DNA from: Candidatus Woesearchaeota archaeon
GTDB lineage: Archaea > Nanobdellota > Nanobdellia > Pacearchaeales > UBA284
Length of the DNA stretch: 64,000 nucleotides
Direction of reading: 5' to 3'
NCBI GenBank assembly: GCA_964493265.1
Contig: CAZBLY010000001.1
Coordinates: forward strand, 28,119-92,118
Shown: in pieces, positions 28,545 to 37,650 of the stretch
How the letters are laid out: each line of letters opens with the position of its first letter
Numbering within the stretch: position 1 is the first letter of the stretch
The notes under the pieces: model-generated
Seen by the model: the letters and a program-made list of their open reading frames with translations, nothing else
What the model was told of the DNA's origin: nothing
Databases searched by the model: none
Made by a program: the position numbers and the translations under genes

Positions 28545-29210
28545 ATGAAAGAAGAGGATGCAATTGAAAAAGGCATTGATATTGAAGCTCTAAAGGCAGA
28601 ACAGAAAAAGCTAGCTAAAGCCGTCTCACTCAAAGATGTATTTAATTTTGAAAATGCAACAAGATTCTGTGCAATACATACAATGGCACTTCAAGAAACA
28701 AAAGAAATCATAGCTTCTGCTGTTGTTGTGGATGAAAATCTTGAACTTATTGAGGAAAAATATATAATCAGACCAATCAAATTTCCTTATATTCCTGGCT
28801 ATAGAGCTTATAGAGAACTTCCTATTATGAATGTTGTTTATAATAAATTAGAAGAAAGACCAGATGTTATTTTTATTGAAGCCCATGGAATTGCCCATCC
28901 AAGAGGTTTAGGATTAACAAGCCATTTTGGTATCAGTATAGATAAACCAACAATTGGGGTGGCTAAAAAAATTTTGATAGGCCAAGAAAAAGATGATGAG
29001 ATTATAATTGATAAAAAAGTTGTTGCTAAATCAATTATTACAAAACAAGGAGCTAAACCAATCTACATTTCAATAGGACATATGATAAGCTTAAAGACAG
29101 CTATAGAAGTAACAAAAAGATGTATTAAAGAGCCTCATAAATTCCCAGAACCTATTGTCATGGCTAGAAAAATTGCTGAGAAAGTAAAACAAGAGTTGGG
29201 TAAGAAATAA
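28545..29210 (+). CDS. nfi: Endonuclease V-like protein with degenerate catalytic residues
   Basis: FPYIPGY.AYRE, HGIAHPRGLG, TIGVAK, PIYISIGH, PEP. Confidence 0.88.
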   Translation: MKEEDAIEKGIDIEALKAEQKKLAKAVSLKDVFNFENATRFCAIHTMALQETKEIIASAVVVDENLELIEEKYIIRPIKFPYIPGYRAYRELPIMNVVYNKLEERPDVIFIEAHGIAHPRGLGLTSHFGISIDKPTIGVAKKILIGQEKDDEIIIDKKVVAKSIITKQGAKPIYISIGHMISLKTAIEVTKRCIKEPHKFPEPIVMARKIAEKVKQELGKK

Positions 29211-29249
29211 TTTTATATTTTATTTCTTATATTATATTTCTAAAAAAAT

Positions 29250-29349
29250 AAAGAAGTTTTGTACGGGGATGGTGTCCGAAGTTCAATAAGCCGACTGCAC
29301 ATCCGAAGATGCCGTTGTACTCAAAAAATTCTTCCACCTCCTCGAACAT
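29250..29349 (-). ncRNA. Candidate structured small RNA (or micro-peptide mRNA)
   Basis: GC-rich island; GCATC-TTCG-GATGT hairpin; terminal stem; TATA at 29369-29376 and T-run downstream on the minus strand. Confidence 0.5.
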
Positions 29350-29479
29350 AAAGTAGAGGTTTTTAGTATATTTAAAGGTTGCGGTAATACTAAAAAAAGA
29401 CCAAAAATATTAAATTCATATTGATTTATATTATCAAAATAAAAATACTAAAATTAGAAAAAACCGGCATTTTTTTAAA

Positions 29480-30598
29480 TTATTTTAAGTTATTTTCAAT
29501 ATATTCAATAAGTTTTCTTCCAGCCACCTTAACACTAGCAGAACCAGCTCTAACATAGAATTCTTCTTCTTTTTCATTTTTTAAGAAAACAGGTTTTTTA
29601 CTTTTATAACAATCAACTTTCAGTATATTTTTATTTTCAAGAGGAACAAGTTCAAAATTAAGATAAGGAAGATACTCTTTACCTATTTTTTCTTTAATTA
29701 AATTAGCAAAATGCAGATTAAATTTATCATTAGTCTGAAAATTATCTTTTTCTATGCCTAAAATTTTACCAGCATCAGAAACCCCAATTAACAATACTCC
29801 CCCTTCTGAATTTAAGAAAGCTGTAATTGTTTTAAGAGCAGAATTTTCAATATTTTTATCAGCATTATTTGTATAAAGATTGGTTCTTAAAGTTGATTTA
29901 AATTCAAGTTTTTCATATTCCCCACCTTTTATTAGATCTATAATTTTTTCAGGAGAATCTGTCTGTATTACAAAAAGATTTGGATTTTTACTTTTAAATT
30001 TCCACACCAATTTCTTAAGTATTTTTATTTTATGCCCTTTCATGTAAATATATCCTAAAATTGCGGCTATAAAAGCCCCCGCTGCAACAAAAGATAAATT
30101 TTTAAGGGCGATGCCATAATCTAAAGCAAATAATTCATAACCTAAAAATAATTTTAAATAATATTTTAACATTTCTATGACAACACCTACAGCAAGAGGG
30201 AAAGTAAAGGAAAAAAGAGTAATCAAAAAATAATCTTTTTTTAATTTAGAATTAGAATATAATACTAACATAATTATAAATCCAATAAAACATATTGCAA
30301 TTCCAAAAAATACTTGAATTACAACCCCTCTTATTTCTCCAAGAAAAAAAGATACCAAGACAAAGATTAAAAAAACAAATTCAAATTCACTTGGAATAAC
30401 AATTTTATATTTTTTCCTTAATAAATATGGAAGAAAGACCAACAATAATAAAACAAGATTTGCAAACATCAAATGCCAAAAATGATTGTATGCAGCATAA
30501 ATAATAGATAAAAAAAGAAATAATTTTAACATAAAAGAAAGAGAACTTTGAATTCTTTTATAATTCCCTTTTATAAAATTCTTAGTATCCTTAGCCAT
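29480..30598 (-). CDS. Multi-TM protein fused to a C-terminal Schlafen/AlbA_2 domain
   Basis: About 6-7 TM helices, then GEYEKLEFKS, AFLNSEGGVLLIGVSD.G.I.G, FYVRAG. Confidence 0.85.
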   Translation of the reverse strand: MAKDTKNFIKGNYKRIQSSLSFMLKLFLFLSIIYAAYNHFWHLMFANLVLLLLVFLPYLLRKKYKIVIPSEFEFVFLIFVLVSFFLGEIRGVVIQVFFGIAICFIGFIIMLVLYSNSKLKKDYFLITLFSFTFPLAVGVVIEMLKYYLKLFLGYELFALDYGIALKNLSFVAAGAFIAAILGYIYMKGHKIKILKKLVWKFKSKNPNLFVIQTDSPEKIIDLIKGGEYEKLEFKSTLRTNLYTNNADKNIENSALKTITAFLNSEGGVLLIGVSDAGKILGIEKDNFQTNDKFNLHFANLIKEKIGKEYLPYLNFELVPLENKNILKVDCYKSKKPVFLKNEKEEEFYVRAGSASVKVAGRKLIEYIENNLK

Positions 30599-30669
30599 GA
30601 TAGATTAAAATGTTTATAGTTTATATGTTTTTTTGTGATTTTATGAAATATAATAAATAGTGATAAATA

Positions 30670-30740
30670 TGCGCCGGGCGGGAATTGAACCCGCATTGTA
30701 ACGTTGGCAACGTCACGTTCTACCATTAAACCACCAGCGC
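30670..30740 (-). tRNA. tRNA-Gly(GCC)
   Basis: GCGCTGG acceptor stem, TGACG-TTGCCAA-CGTTA anticodon arm, GGTTCAATTCC T arm; no encoded CCA. Confidence 0.95.
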
Positions 30741-30788
30741 TTACAAAAAATAAGAAAGAGTAATATTTAAAATTTGCTCATTTTATTA

Positions 30789-31238
30789 TTAATCAAAAAA
30801 TTTACTTTTTCTTTCCGGAGTTTTGATAAAGAAATTATTTTTAAAAATACCCATTAAATTATTATTTTCATAAGGATCATCAGCTTGATAAGGCATAAGA
30901 ATATTTCTATCTGCTTGTCTTAATAAAATATAATCTTTTTTGAATTCTAAAGCAACAAGAGGAATAATATTTGAATTCATCCCTTCAATAATCTCTCCAG
31001 TATCAATACAAGGAATATGCCCATAGGTTTTTTTAATAACATCTGATAATTTTTTTCCTTCTTTTGGTATAGGTAAAAAGAAATAACACCCATCTACTTG
31101 ACAAGTTTCAACTGGCCCCCTTTTTTCAAAATCATTTATATTCATTTTACTTAAAAAATTATTTATCCTATATAAAGTCCAATTATTTGATTCTATAATT
31201 TTTATTAATTCAGGACTAAAAAGAAGAGTTTTACTCAT
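30789..31238 (-). CDS. Hypothetical orphan immediately downstream of the thermosome gene
   Basis: Likely start MSKTLLF at 31238, 1 bp after the ths stop. Confidence 0.65.
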   Translation of the reverse strand: MSKTLLFSPELIKIIESNNWTLYRINNFLSKMNINDFEKRGPVETCQVDGCYFFLPIPKEGKKLSDVIKKTYGHIPCIDTGEIIEGMNSNIIPLVALEFKKDYILLRQADRNILMPYQADDPYENNNLMGIFKNNFFIKTPERKSKFFD

Positions 31239-31239
31239 T

Positions 31240-32889
31240 TTAATAACCTTGAGGCATTTGAGGTAACTGACTTTGGCCAGATGCAGATGATTTGTTTGAG
31301 GCAATAACATCATCTATTCTCAATATCATCATTGCAACTTCACTAGCTGATTTGATTGCTTGATTCTTAATTTCAAGTGGCTCAATAATCCCTTTTTTTA
31401 ATGTATCACATATCAAACCACCAGCTGAGCTTACTACGCTTGTATCCAACCCAGTTGTTGTTTCATTTTGATCGTGTCTTGCTTTAAGTTCTGTAATTAC
31501 ATCAATTGGATCTAATCCGGCATTTTCAGCAAGTGTACGGGGAATAACTTCTAGAGAATTTGCAAAAGCATTAACAGCTAATTGTTCTCTTCCTTTAATG
31601 GTTTGAGCAAATGCTTTAAGTCTTCTTTGGAGCTCTATTTCAAAAGCACCACCACCTGAAACAATAAAACCTTTTTCAAGTGCAACAGAAACATCCCCAA
31701 TACCATCTTTTATAGCTCTTTCAAGTTCATCTATAACATGCTCTGTCCCGCCACGAATTAGAATTGTAATTGCTTTAGGATTTTTACATCCAATAACATA
31801 AATCATTCCTTCCTCTTGATATTTAATTTCCTTGACAGTTTCAGCATAACCAAGCTGGTCTGTTGTAAGTTCATTAATATTACTAACTATTTTTCCTCCA
31901 GTTGCTTTAGCAAGAAGCTCCATATCACTCTTCTTAATTCTTCGGGCAGCAAAAATTCCCTCTTTTGTTAAATAATATTGAGCCACATCATCAATTCCTT
32001 TCTGACATAAAATAACATTAGCATTAACTTCTTTAATCTTATTGACCATGTCTTTTAGAATTCTTTCTTCTTGATCAATAAAAGATTGTAATTGATCGGG
32101 ATTTGTAATTTGAATTTTTGTGTCTGTTTCAGGAGTTTTAAGCTCAAGGGCGGTATCAATCAAGGCGATTTTTGCGTCCTTAATATGGGAAGGCATATCT
32201 CCACTAACACGTTCTTTGTCTAAAACAATCCCCTTAATAAGTTCAGTATCTTCTATTCCCTCTCCTTTTTTCTTTTCAAGTTTTATATTTGTTTTATCAA
32301 TTATAATTTTACTGCTATCATCTTTGTTATTTTGTTCCATAACTTGAAGAATAGCATCAACTGCAACTTCAGATAATTTTTCTTTTGCTGCCTCTGCTCC
32401 TTTGCCAGTCATAGCAGTAATAACAATCTGTTTTAGAAGATCTTTTTGTTCTTGATTAATTTTATATGCTAAATCTTTAGAAATTTTATAAGCTTGCTCC
32501 GCCCCTAAACGATAGCCTCTAACTATAACAGTGGGATGAATCCTATCTTCAAGCAACTTTTCAGCATTTTCAAGAAGCTTGCCAGCAAAAATTACAGCTG
32601 TTGTAGTTCCATCACCAACTTCATCTTCTTGAGTTTTAGCTATTTCAACCATCATCTTTGCAGCAGGGTGTTCAATTTCCATTTCATCAAGAATTGTGAC
32701 CCCATCATTTGTAACAGTAATATCCCCAATAGAATCAACTAACATCTTATCCATGCCTTTAGGCCCCAATGTAGTTTTAATAGTATCAGCCACAAGTTTA
32801 GCTGCTAGAATATTATTTCTTTGTGCATCTTTTCCTATCATTCTCTGGATATTTTCAGGCAATATGTAAATTGGTTGTTTTTCAGTCAT
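31240..32889 (-). CDS. ths: Thermosome (group II chaperonin)
   Basis: [25 protein letters not shown]. Confidence 0.97.
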   Translation of the reverse strand: MTEKQPIYILPENIQRMIGKDAQRNNILAAKLVADTIKTTLGPKGMDKMLVDSIGDITVTNDGVTILDEMEIEHPAAKMMVEIAKTQEDEVGDGTTTAVIFAGKLLENAEKLLEDRIHPTVIVRGYRLGAEQAYKISKDLAYKINQEQKDLLKQIVITAMTGKGAEAAKEKLSEVAVDAILQVMEQNNKDDSSKIIIDKTNIKLEKKKGEGIEDTELIKGIVLDKERVSGDMPSHIKDAKIALIDTALELKTPETDTKIQITNPDQLQSFIDQEERILKDMVNKIKEVNANVILCQKGIDDVAQYYLTKEGIFAARRIKKSDMELLAKATGGKIVSNINELTTDQLGYAETVKEIKYQEEGMIYVIGCKNPKAITILIRGGTEHVIDELERAIKDGIGDVSVALEKGFIVSGGGAFEIELQRRLKAFAQTIKGREQLAVNAFANSLEVIPRTLAENAGLDPIDVITELKARHDQNETTTGLDTSVVSSAGGLICDTLKKGIIEPLEIKNQAIKSASEVAMMILRIDDVIASNKSSASGQSQLPQMPQGY

Positions 32890-33095
32890 TTTAAATTTTC
32901 AGTCATTTTTACAGAAAATTCTATTAATTTCCCTTAACCTATATTATCTTTGATTAGGATATTTAAAAAGTTTTCTCTTATTTTTACATTTTATCAAATA
33001 CAATATATGGGCCATTAAATTAGCACCAAATCACGAAAAAGTATTTAAAACAAATGAAACTCAAAAATTTATAATAAAGAGGTCATTAAGGAAAA

Positions 33096-33377
33096 ATGCC
33101 AAGAAAAAATTCAAACACAGTTAATGGAATAAAGGGATTTTCAGAAAGATTTGTATTACAAGACACAGATACACTAAAAGAAACCCGGCTTAAAGAACTA
33201 AAAACCAAAGAAACAGGATGGGTAAAAGAAGGTAAATGTGAAGAGTGTGGTGGTTTTGACATTCTTTCCAGATATGGAGATGCTTTTTTATGCAGTGAAT
33301 GTCTAAGATTAATTAATTCAAAAAACAAAAGAAGCAAAAAAATTAAAGCAAAAACAAAGATAAAAAGAAGAAATTAA
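33096..33377 (+). CDS. Hypothetical zinc-finger protein
   Basis: CEECG...LCSEC, basic tail; TATA upstream. Confidence 0.7.
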   Translation: MPRKNSNTVNGIKGFSERFVLQDTDTLKETRLKELKTKETGWVKEGKCEECGGFDILSRYGDAFLCSECLRLINSKNKRSKKIKAKTKIKRRN

Positions 33378-33401
33378 AAATATTCCATAAATTAGATTTT
33401 T

Positions 33402-33773
33402 TCAGTCTTTTTTGTGCAATTTATTATATATAAAAGTTGCCAATCCTTCTATGTGGCTAATTTTATTCTTCAAAAGAATTATCCTTAATCTATTATTAAT
33501 TCTTACACCTTTTTTAACAAGTTCTTTTTTTAGTGAGTGATAAAGATGTTTTCCTTTTTTATCAAAATCAGTTAAAATAATACACTCTTTTGTTTTAATT
33601 TTTTCTACAGTAACATAAAAAGGTCTTCCATGTAAAATAATTATATTCTTACTTTTAAAACCAAGTTTCTCAAGAGCTTTTTTATCTTTGCAACCTTCAA
33701 CAACAATCAAAGCATCAGAATTTTTTGCTTTATCTATTTCAATTAAAAGGCTAAAATAAAATTTAGATTTCAT
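33402..33773 (-). CDS. Small standalone Toprim domain protein
   Basis: VVEG.KD, ILTDFDKKG, HIEGL; start MKSKF avoids overlap with the tRNA. Confidence 0.88.
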   Translation of the reverse strand: MKSKFYFSLLIEIDKAKNSDALIVVEGCKDKKALEKLGFKSKNIIILHGRPFYVTVEKIKTKECIILTDFDKKGKHLYHSLKKELVKKGVRINNRLRIILLKNKISHIEGLATFIYNKLHKKD

Positions 33774-33789
33774 TCTTAATATAAAATTA

Positions 33790-33911
33790 TGGGTCCGACG
33801 GGGCTCGAACCCGCGACACCCTGGTTTCTCTTTTTGACTGCAGGATTCATAAAAACCCACAGACGGTTTTTATTAAGAGCCAGGTGCTCTAACCAACTGA
33901 GCTACGGACCC
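33790..33911 (-). tRNA. tRNA-Lys(CTT) with 48-nt intron at 37/38 (33826..33873)
   Basis: GGGTCCG acceptor, CCTGG-CTCTTA[intron]A-CCAGG, canonical bulge-helix-bulge (CTCT/AGAG). Confidence 0.93.
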
Positions 33912-33978
33912 AACATTAAATGAAAAGATAAATTTGTTTATAAATTTTTATAATTTTATAGAAATATTAAGAACACTA

Positions 33979-34287
33979 TTAAGCGTTCTTTCTCCATGTG
34001 TGTTTGCACTTAACACATCTAAAAAATTGGGTCTCAGCTTCATCTCCTGATCTCATTTGAGCAGAAAAATAATATGCTTTATCATTACCACATTTAGGAC
34101 AAACCTCATTGACTGTTGGCCAGACATTTGAATCCTTTTCATTAAGAACATCCAGTTTTGTTTCTTTGTTAATTTTTTCAGAAACAATAAGTTTTACTTT
34201 TTCCTTAGAACGATAACCACATTTAGGACAAGAAAATTTCGTTTTCTTCTGCACTAAAATAGCTCCACACTTTGGACAAAACTTCAT
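33979..34287 (-). CDS. tfs: Transcription factor S
   Basis: FCPKCG N-terminal ribbon; QMRSGDEAET.FF.C..C. Confidence 0.95.
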   Translation of the reverse strand: MKFCPKCGAILVQKKTKFSCPKCGYRSKEKVKLIVSEKINKETKLDVLNEKDSNVWPTVNEVCPKCGNDKAYYFSAQMRSGDEAETQFFRCVKCKHTWRKNA

Positions 34288-34354
34288 TTTTATCCTCTTT
34301 TGTCAGCTTCTAGGTTTAAAAACTTTGCGTTTATAAGTTAGAACTTTATAGGAA

Positions 34355-34408
34355 GAAAAAAACCATGAAAAAAACCATAAAAAAAATCATGAAAAAATCA
34401 CAAAAAAA
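34355..34408. repeat. Degenerate ~12-bp tandem repeat (AAAAAAACCATG-like, about 4 copies)
   Basis: Seen directly; T-rich on the minus strand downstream of the signal peptidase gene. Confidence 0.5.
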
Positions 34409-35002
34409 TTACTTAAATATTCCAACAAAAAATAATTTTATCCAGCCAACTTTTGGAATTCTGCCAATGGCTTTTCCTAAAATTTGCTCTTGTTTAATTG
34501 TTTCCTCATAAGGCCATTGGGCATTGTTATGGTCTCCTTTAGTTGAAAAAGTGGTTTCATTATTAAATATAATGCGATGAATAATTGGCACTTTCTGGCC
34601 TTCAACCTTGAAAATAATTACATCCCCAACCTTATAATCATGATTTTTTAAGCCCCGAACAATAATTATATCCCCTTTATCAAGACCATTTCTCCAAGAC
34701 CATTCTTCAATCTGTTCTTTTGTTATATTATTTTCTAAATACCACGAACCATGTAAAGAAAACCAGTTATCAAATTCGCCTTCATGAATCATACTATTAC
34801 TTTCAATAATTACAAAAGGGATTGGTGTAGCAAAAATCAGACCAAAAACTGGAAAAATAATAAATTTAACAATTAAAAAAATCAAAATAAGATCGATAAT
34901 CCAACTCCAAATAGAATCGCTTTTCCATAAAAAATGCCATATCTTTCCAAAAGTGTTTTGTTTTCCTAACCTCTTTTTTTTGTGTCTGATATTTTTTTTC
35001 AT
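34409..35002 (-). CDS. Signal peptidase I (archaeal Sec11-type)
   Basis: TM, SNSM, KGDII, IIHR, TKGDHN. Confidence 0.9.
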   Translation of the reverse strand: MKKNIRHKKKRLGKQNTFGKIWHFLWKSDSIWSWIIDLILIFLIVKFIIFPVFGLIFATPIPFVIIESNSMIHEGEFDNWFSLHGSWYLENNITKEQIEEWSWRNGLDKGDIIIVRGLKNHDYKVGDVIIFKVEGQKVPIIHRIIFNNETTFSTKGDHNNAQWPYEETIKQEQILGKAIGRIPKVGWIKLFFVGIFK

Positions 35003-35040
35003 CTGTAAAAATAATTGAATTTAGCTTTAAAAATTTATAC

Positions 35041-35805
35041 TTATATAATCTTAAAATCTACGCGGATGTGGTATTTGTAAGGAGCTATTTCCCTAACTTT
35101 CTTTATTCTTGATATCTTAATTTTCTTTTTAGCTTTTTTTGCTTCTTTTTTGATTTTTTCACTTATTTGTTTCAAGTTTTGTTTTTTCAAAAAATCATAA
35201 AAATGTATTATTGTTCCTTTTTTTGAAACCATGAATGCTTCTTTTAAAAATGATTCCTTAAGTTGTGGTCTTGCCATAATTATTCTATCAAATTTTATTT
35301 TTTGTCTTAAGAACTTTGGAATAATTCTCTTAACATCACCTTGAATAATTTCAATATTATTCAATTTGTTCAATCTGTTTAATTTAACATTTTCTTTAGC
35401 ATATTTTGAGGCTGCACGACTGATTTCAACACAATAAACTTTTTTTGCTTTGCTTTTTTTAGCAATAACAATTCCATAAGGGGCTATTCCAGAAAACATA
35501 ACTAAAACAGTTTCACCTTTTTTGATTTTTTTTGCTATCTCTAACCTATCATGACTTAATCGTTGAGAAAAATAACAAGTTTTAATATCTAACTTGAAGA
35601 TACAGGTATTTTCTTTATGGATTGTTTCTGTTTTTTTGATTCCCGCCAACCATTTTAATCTTGGAGTTCTAAGACGGCCAGCTATCTTGCTTTTTACATA
35701 AACAGCCTTAATATTTTTATATTTTTTAATTAATTCTTTTGCTTTATTTTTAGTCGTTGGAACATTAAAAATAATCACATGTCCTATAATATCAAATCCA
35801 CCCAT
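35041..35805 (-). CDS. Trm5/Taw2-like SAM-dependent tRNA methyltransferase
   Basis: FDIIG, HKEN, YFS.RL, MFSGIAPY, FDRIIM. Confidence 0.88.
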   Translation of the reverse strand: MGGFDIIGHVIIFNVPTTKNKAKELIKKYKNIKAVYVKSKIAGRLRTPRLKWLAGIKKTETIHKENTCIFKLDIKTCYFSQRLSHDRLEIAKKIKKGETVLVMFSGIAPYGIVIAKKSKAKKVYCVEISRAASKYAKENVKLNRLNKLNNIEIIQGDVKRIIPKFLRQKIKFDRIIMARPQLKESFLKEAFMVSKKGTIIHFYDFLKKQNLKQISEKIKKEAKKAKKKIKISRIKKVREIAPYKYHIRVDFKII

Positions 35806-35846
35806 TTTTTTATATTTTCTCTGTTTCTTGTATTTTACTTTAAATT

Positions 35847-36683
35847 TTACTTTAAAAAATATTGTAAAGCATCTTCAATAGAGCCAACTTCTATAACAGT
35901 TATTCCAGCTTCTTCTTCAATATTTGCTTCTCTTGGAACTTCATCTGTTTTACAAAATCCGTTTTCACAAGTTTCTGCTAATTCATAAACAACTTCAGTG
36001 CTTTGAAATAAAGGTACTAAAAAAATTGTGGCTCCAAAATCTTTAGCTGCCTCTGCTTTGGGTAATACTGAACCAACCAAACCAATACGGCCATAATTAT
36101 TCACTGTTCCTGTTATAATAACATCATCTCTTAAGGTTATATTTTCTAATGCAGCTATTGTTGCTATGCTTATAGCTGCTCCAGCACTTTCTCCACCAAT
36201 TGCTGAAGCGTTTGCATAAATATTATAAACTAAATCATATTTTTCAACATCAACTTTAGATATCTTAACCGCAACATTTTTTGCTTTTCTTATACTGCTT
36301 TGAGTATCGGCCCAGAAAAATAAGTTGTCTATATTAACAAGAGTCCTACCAGAACCAGGAACAGCCTCTACAACAAGTAATGTAATAACGCCTTTTTTAT
36401 CCTCATCAACAGCTGTCAAATAAATTAAAGATCTAGTTGAATTAATCAAAGGTCTTTTAATTATAAAACCACCTTCTTCTAAATCTTCTAAACCACCTAA
36501 ATTCTCTATATCTTTATATTCTTCTCCTTGTCTGAAAATTTTTGAAATATTAGGAAAAAAAGACCATAACAAAAGAGAGCCAAGAATTAAAATAAATATT
36601 ACAAGAAGGGCGATAATAGTTAAAATTAAAGTTGTTTCTCTATCTCTTTTCTTTTTTCTTTTGATTTTTACTTTTTTTGCCAT
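35847..36683 (-). CDS. Membrane-anchored Lon-like (S16) serine protease domain protein
   Basis: TM anchor; GGESAG, ITGTV..G.IG.VG...KAEAA Ser-Lys dyad. Confidence 0.87.
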   Translation of the reverse strand: MAKKVKIKRKKKRDRETTLILTIIALLVIFILILGSLLLWSFFPNISKIFRQGEEYKDIENLGGLEDLEEGGFIIKRPLINSTRSLIYLTAVDEDKKGVITLLVVEAVPGSGRTLVNIDNLFFWADTQSSIRKAKNVAVKISKVDVEKYDLVYNIYANASAIGGESAGAAISIATIAALENITLRDDVIITGTVNNYGRIGLVGSVLPKAEAAKDFGATIFLVPLFQSTEVVYELAETCENGFCKTDEVPREANIEEEAGITVIEVGSIEDALQYFLK

Positions 36684-36699
36684 TTCCTCTTTTATCAAA

Positions 36700-36776
36700 T
36701 GGGCCCGTTGGGATTTGAACCCAAGACCCCTACGTTATCAGCGTAGTGCTCTAAAACCAGGCTGAGCTACGGGCCC
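36700..36776 (-). tRNA. tRNA-Ile(GAT)
   Basis: GGGCCCG acceptor, CTACG-CTGATAA-CGTAG. Confidence 0.95.
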
Positions 36777-36779
36777 TCA

Positions 36780-36852
36780 CGGTCCGGATAGGATTCGAAC
36801 CTACGACCCCACGGTTAACAGCCGTGTGCTCTAGCCACTGAGCTACCAGACC
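36780..36852 (-). tRNA. tRNA-Asn(GTT)
   Basis: GGTCTGG acceptor, CACGG-CTGTTAA-CCGTG. Confidence 0.95.
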
Positions 36853-36939
36853 ATCTAATAAAAAGTCATAAATTGTTTATAAAGTTTTTCAGAATGGGTA
36901 AAAAGAAAAATATTTATATTCTTAATAACTAATAATCTT

Positions 36940-37053
36940 ATGTATGAAAAACAAAAAGTGTTTTTAGAATGGCTAAAAACTATAGCAATCTAGTTAATAA
37001 CAATAATGGTTGGTATTGGCGGCTACTATGCTCTATTTATTAGGAAATGGTGA
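36940..37053 (+). pseudogene. Small single-TM ORF interrupted by TAG at 36991
   Basis: MYEKQKVFLEWLKTIAI*LITIMVGIGGYYALFIRKW*; TATA-like TTTATAT upstream. Confidence 0.4.
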
Positions 37054-37070
37054 TGGGTTTTATAATTGAA

Positions 37071-37604
37071 TTATTTTTCAATCATCTCTTCAATATCTTC
37101 TTCAACCAGTTCTTTTAATTTAGAACGGCTCCTTTCAAGATAACCATAAGCTTTTTGCTGTGGCGAACCTCTTATCAACATCCCTATGGCATGATTTGCA
37201 ATTTCTATACTTTCAAATCTTCCAATTATTGCAACAACGTGATCTGCAATAACAAGATTACATTCGGCAAGCTTTTCTATTATGTGTTTTGTTCTCCCTT
37301 TTGTTCCAATTATTCTGCCCTTAATGACTTTTATTCTAGAATTTTTAGCATAGGATTTAATATTTATTTTCTTTAGAACAAAATTAGTATTTTTAATTAA
37401 TAAAGCAGTATCAATATCAAAACCTAAGGCAAGAGCATCAAAAACTTCTGAAGCAATATGCTCTTCAATAGAATCTTTTTTACTCTCTATAAAAATTTCT
37501 TTTTTATTTTTAATTTCAACCTTAATATCAAGAGCATTTTCCAATCTTTTTTTATTTTTTTTGATAATACTTAATTTCTTTTCTGGAAAAAATATTTTTT
37601 GCAT
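37071..37604 (-). CDS. KH-domain rRNA processing protein (Dim2/Pno1-like)
   Basis: ALALGF, KGRIIGTKGRTK..IE, LIRGS. Confidence 0.9.
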   Translation of the reverse strand: MQKIFFPEKKLSIIKKNKKRLENALDIKVEIKNKKEIFIESKKDSIEEHIASEVFDALALGFDIDTALLIKNTNFVLKKINIKSYAKNSRIKVIKGRIIGTKGRTKHIIEKLAECNLVIADHVVAIIGRFESIEIANHAIGMLIRGSPQQKAYGYLERSRSKLKELVEEDIEEMIEK

Positions 37605-37650
37605 TTTTTGCTTTTATGTTGCTTTTATTTTATTTTATTTTTATTTTAAC

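Noticed and set aside
29264..29300. GGGGATGGTGTCC resembling a fluoride riboswitch 5' end
   Set aside because: No CCCC to close P1 and no downstream GATGAC/ACC pseudoknot partner
33774..33860. N-terminal extension of the Toprim ORF in the ORF track
   Set aside because: Overlaps the intron-containing tRNA-Lys; real start is probably 33773
34355..34408. Short tandem repeats as CRISPR or iterons
   Set aside because: No spacers, 12-bp degenerate A-rich units; more likely slippage or terminator T-tracts
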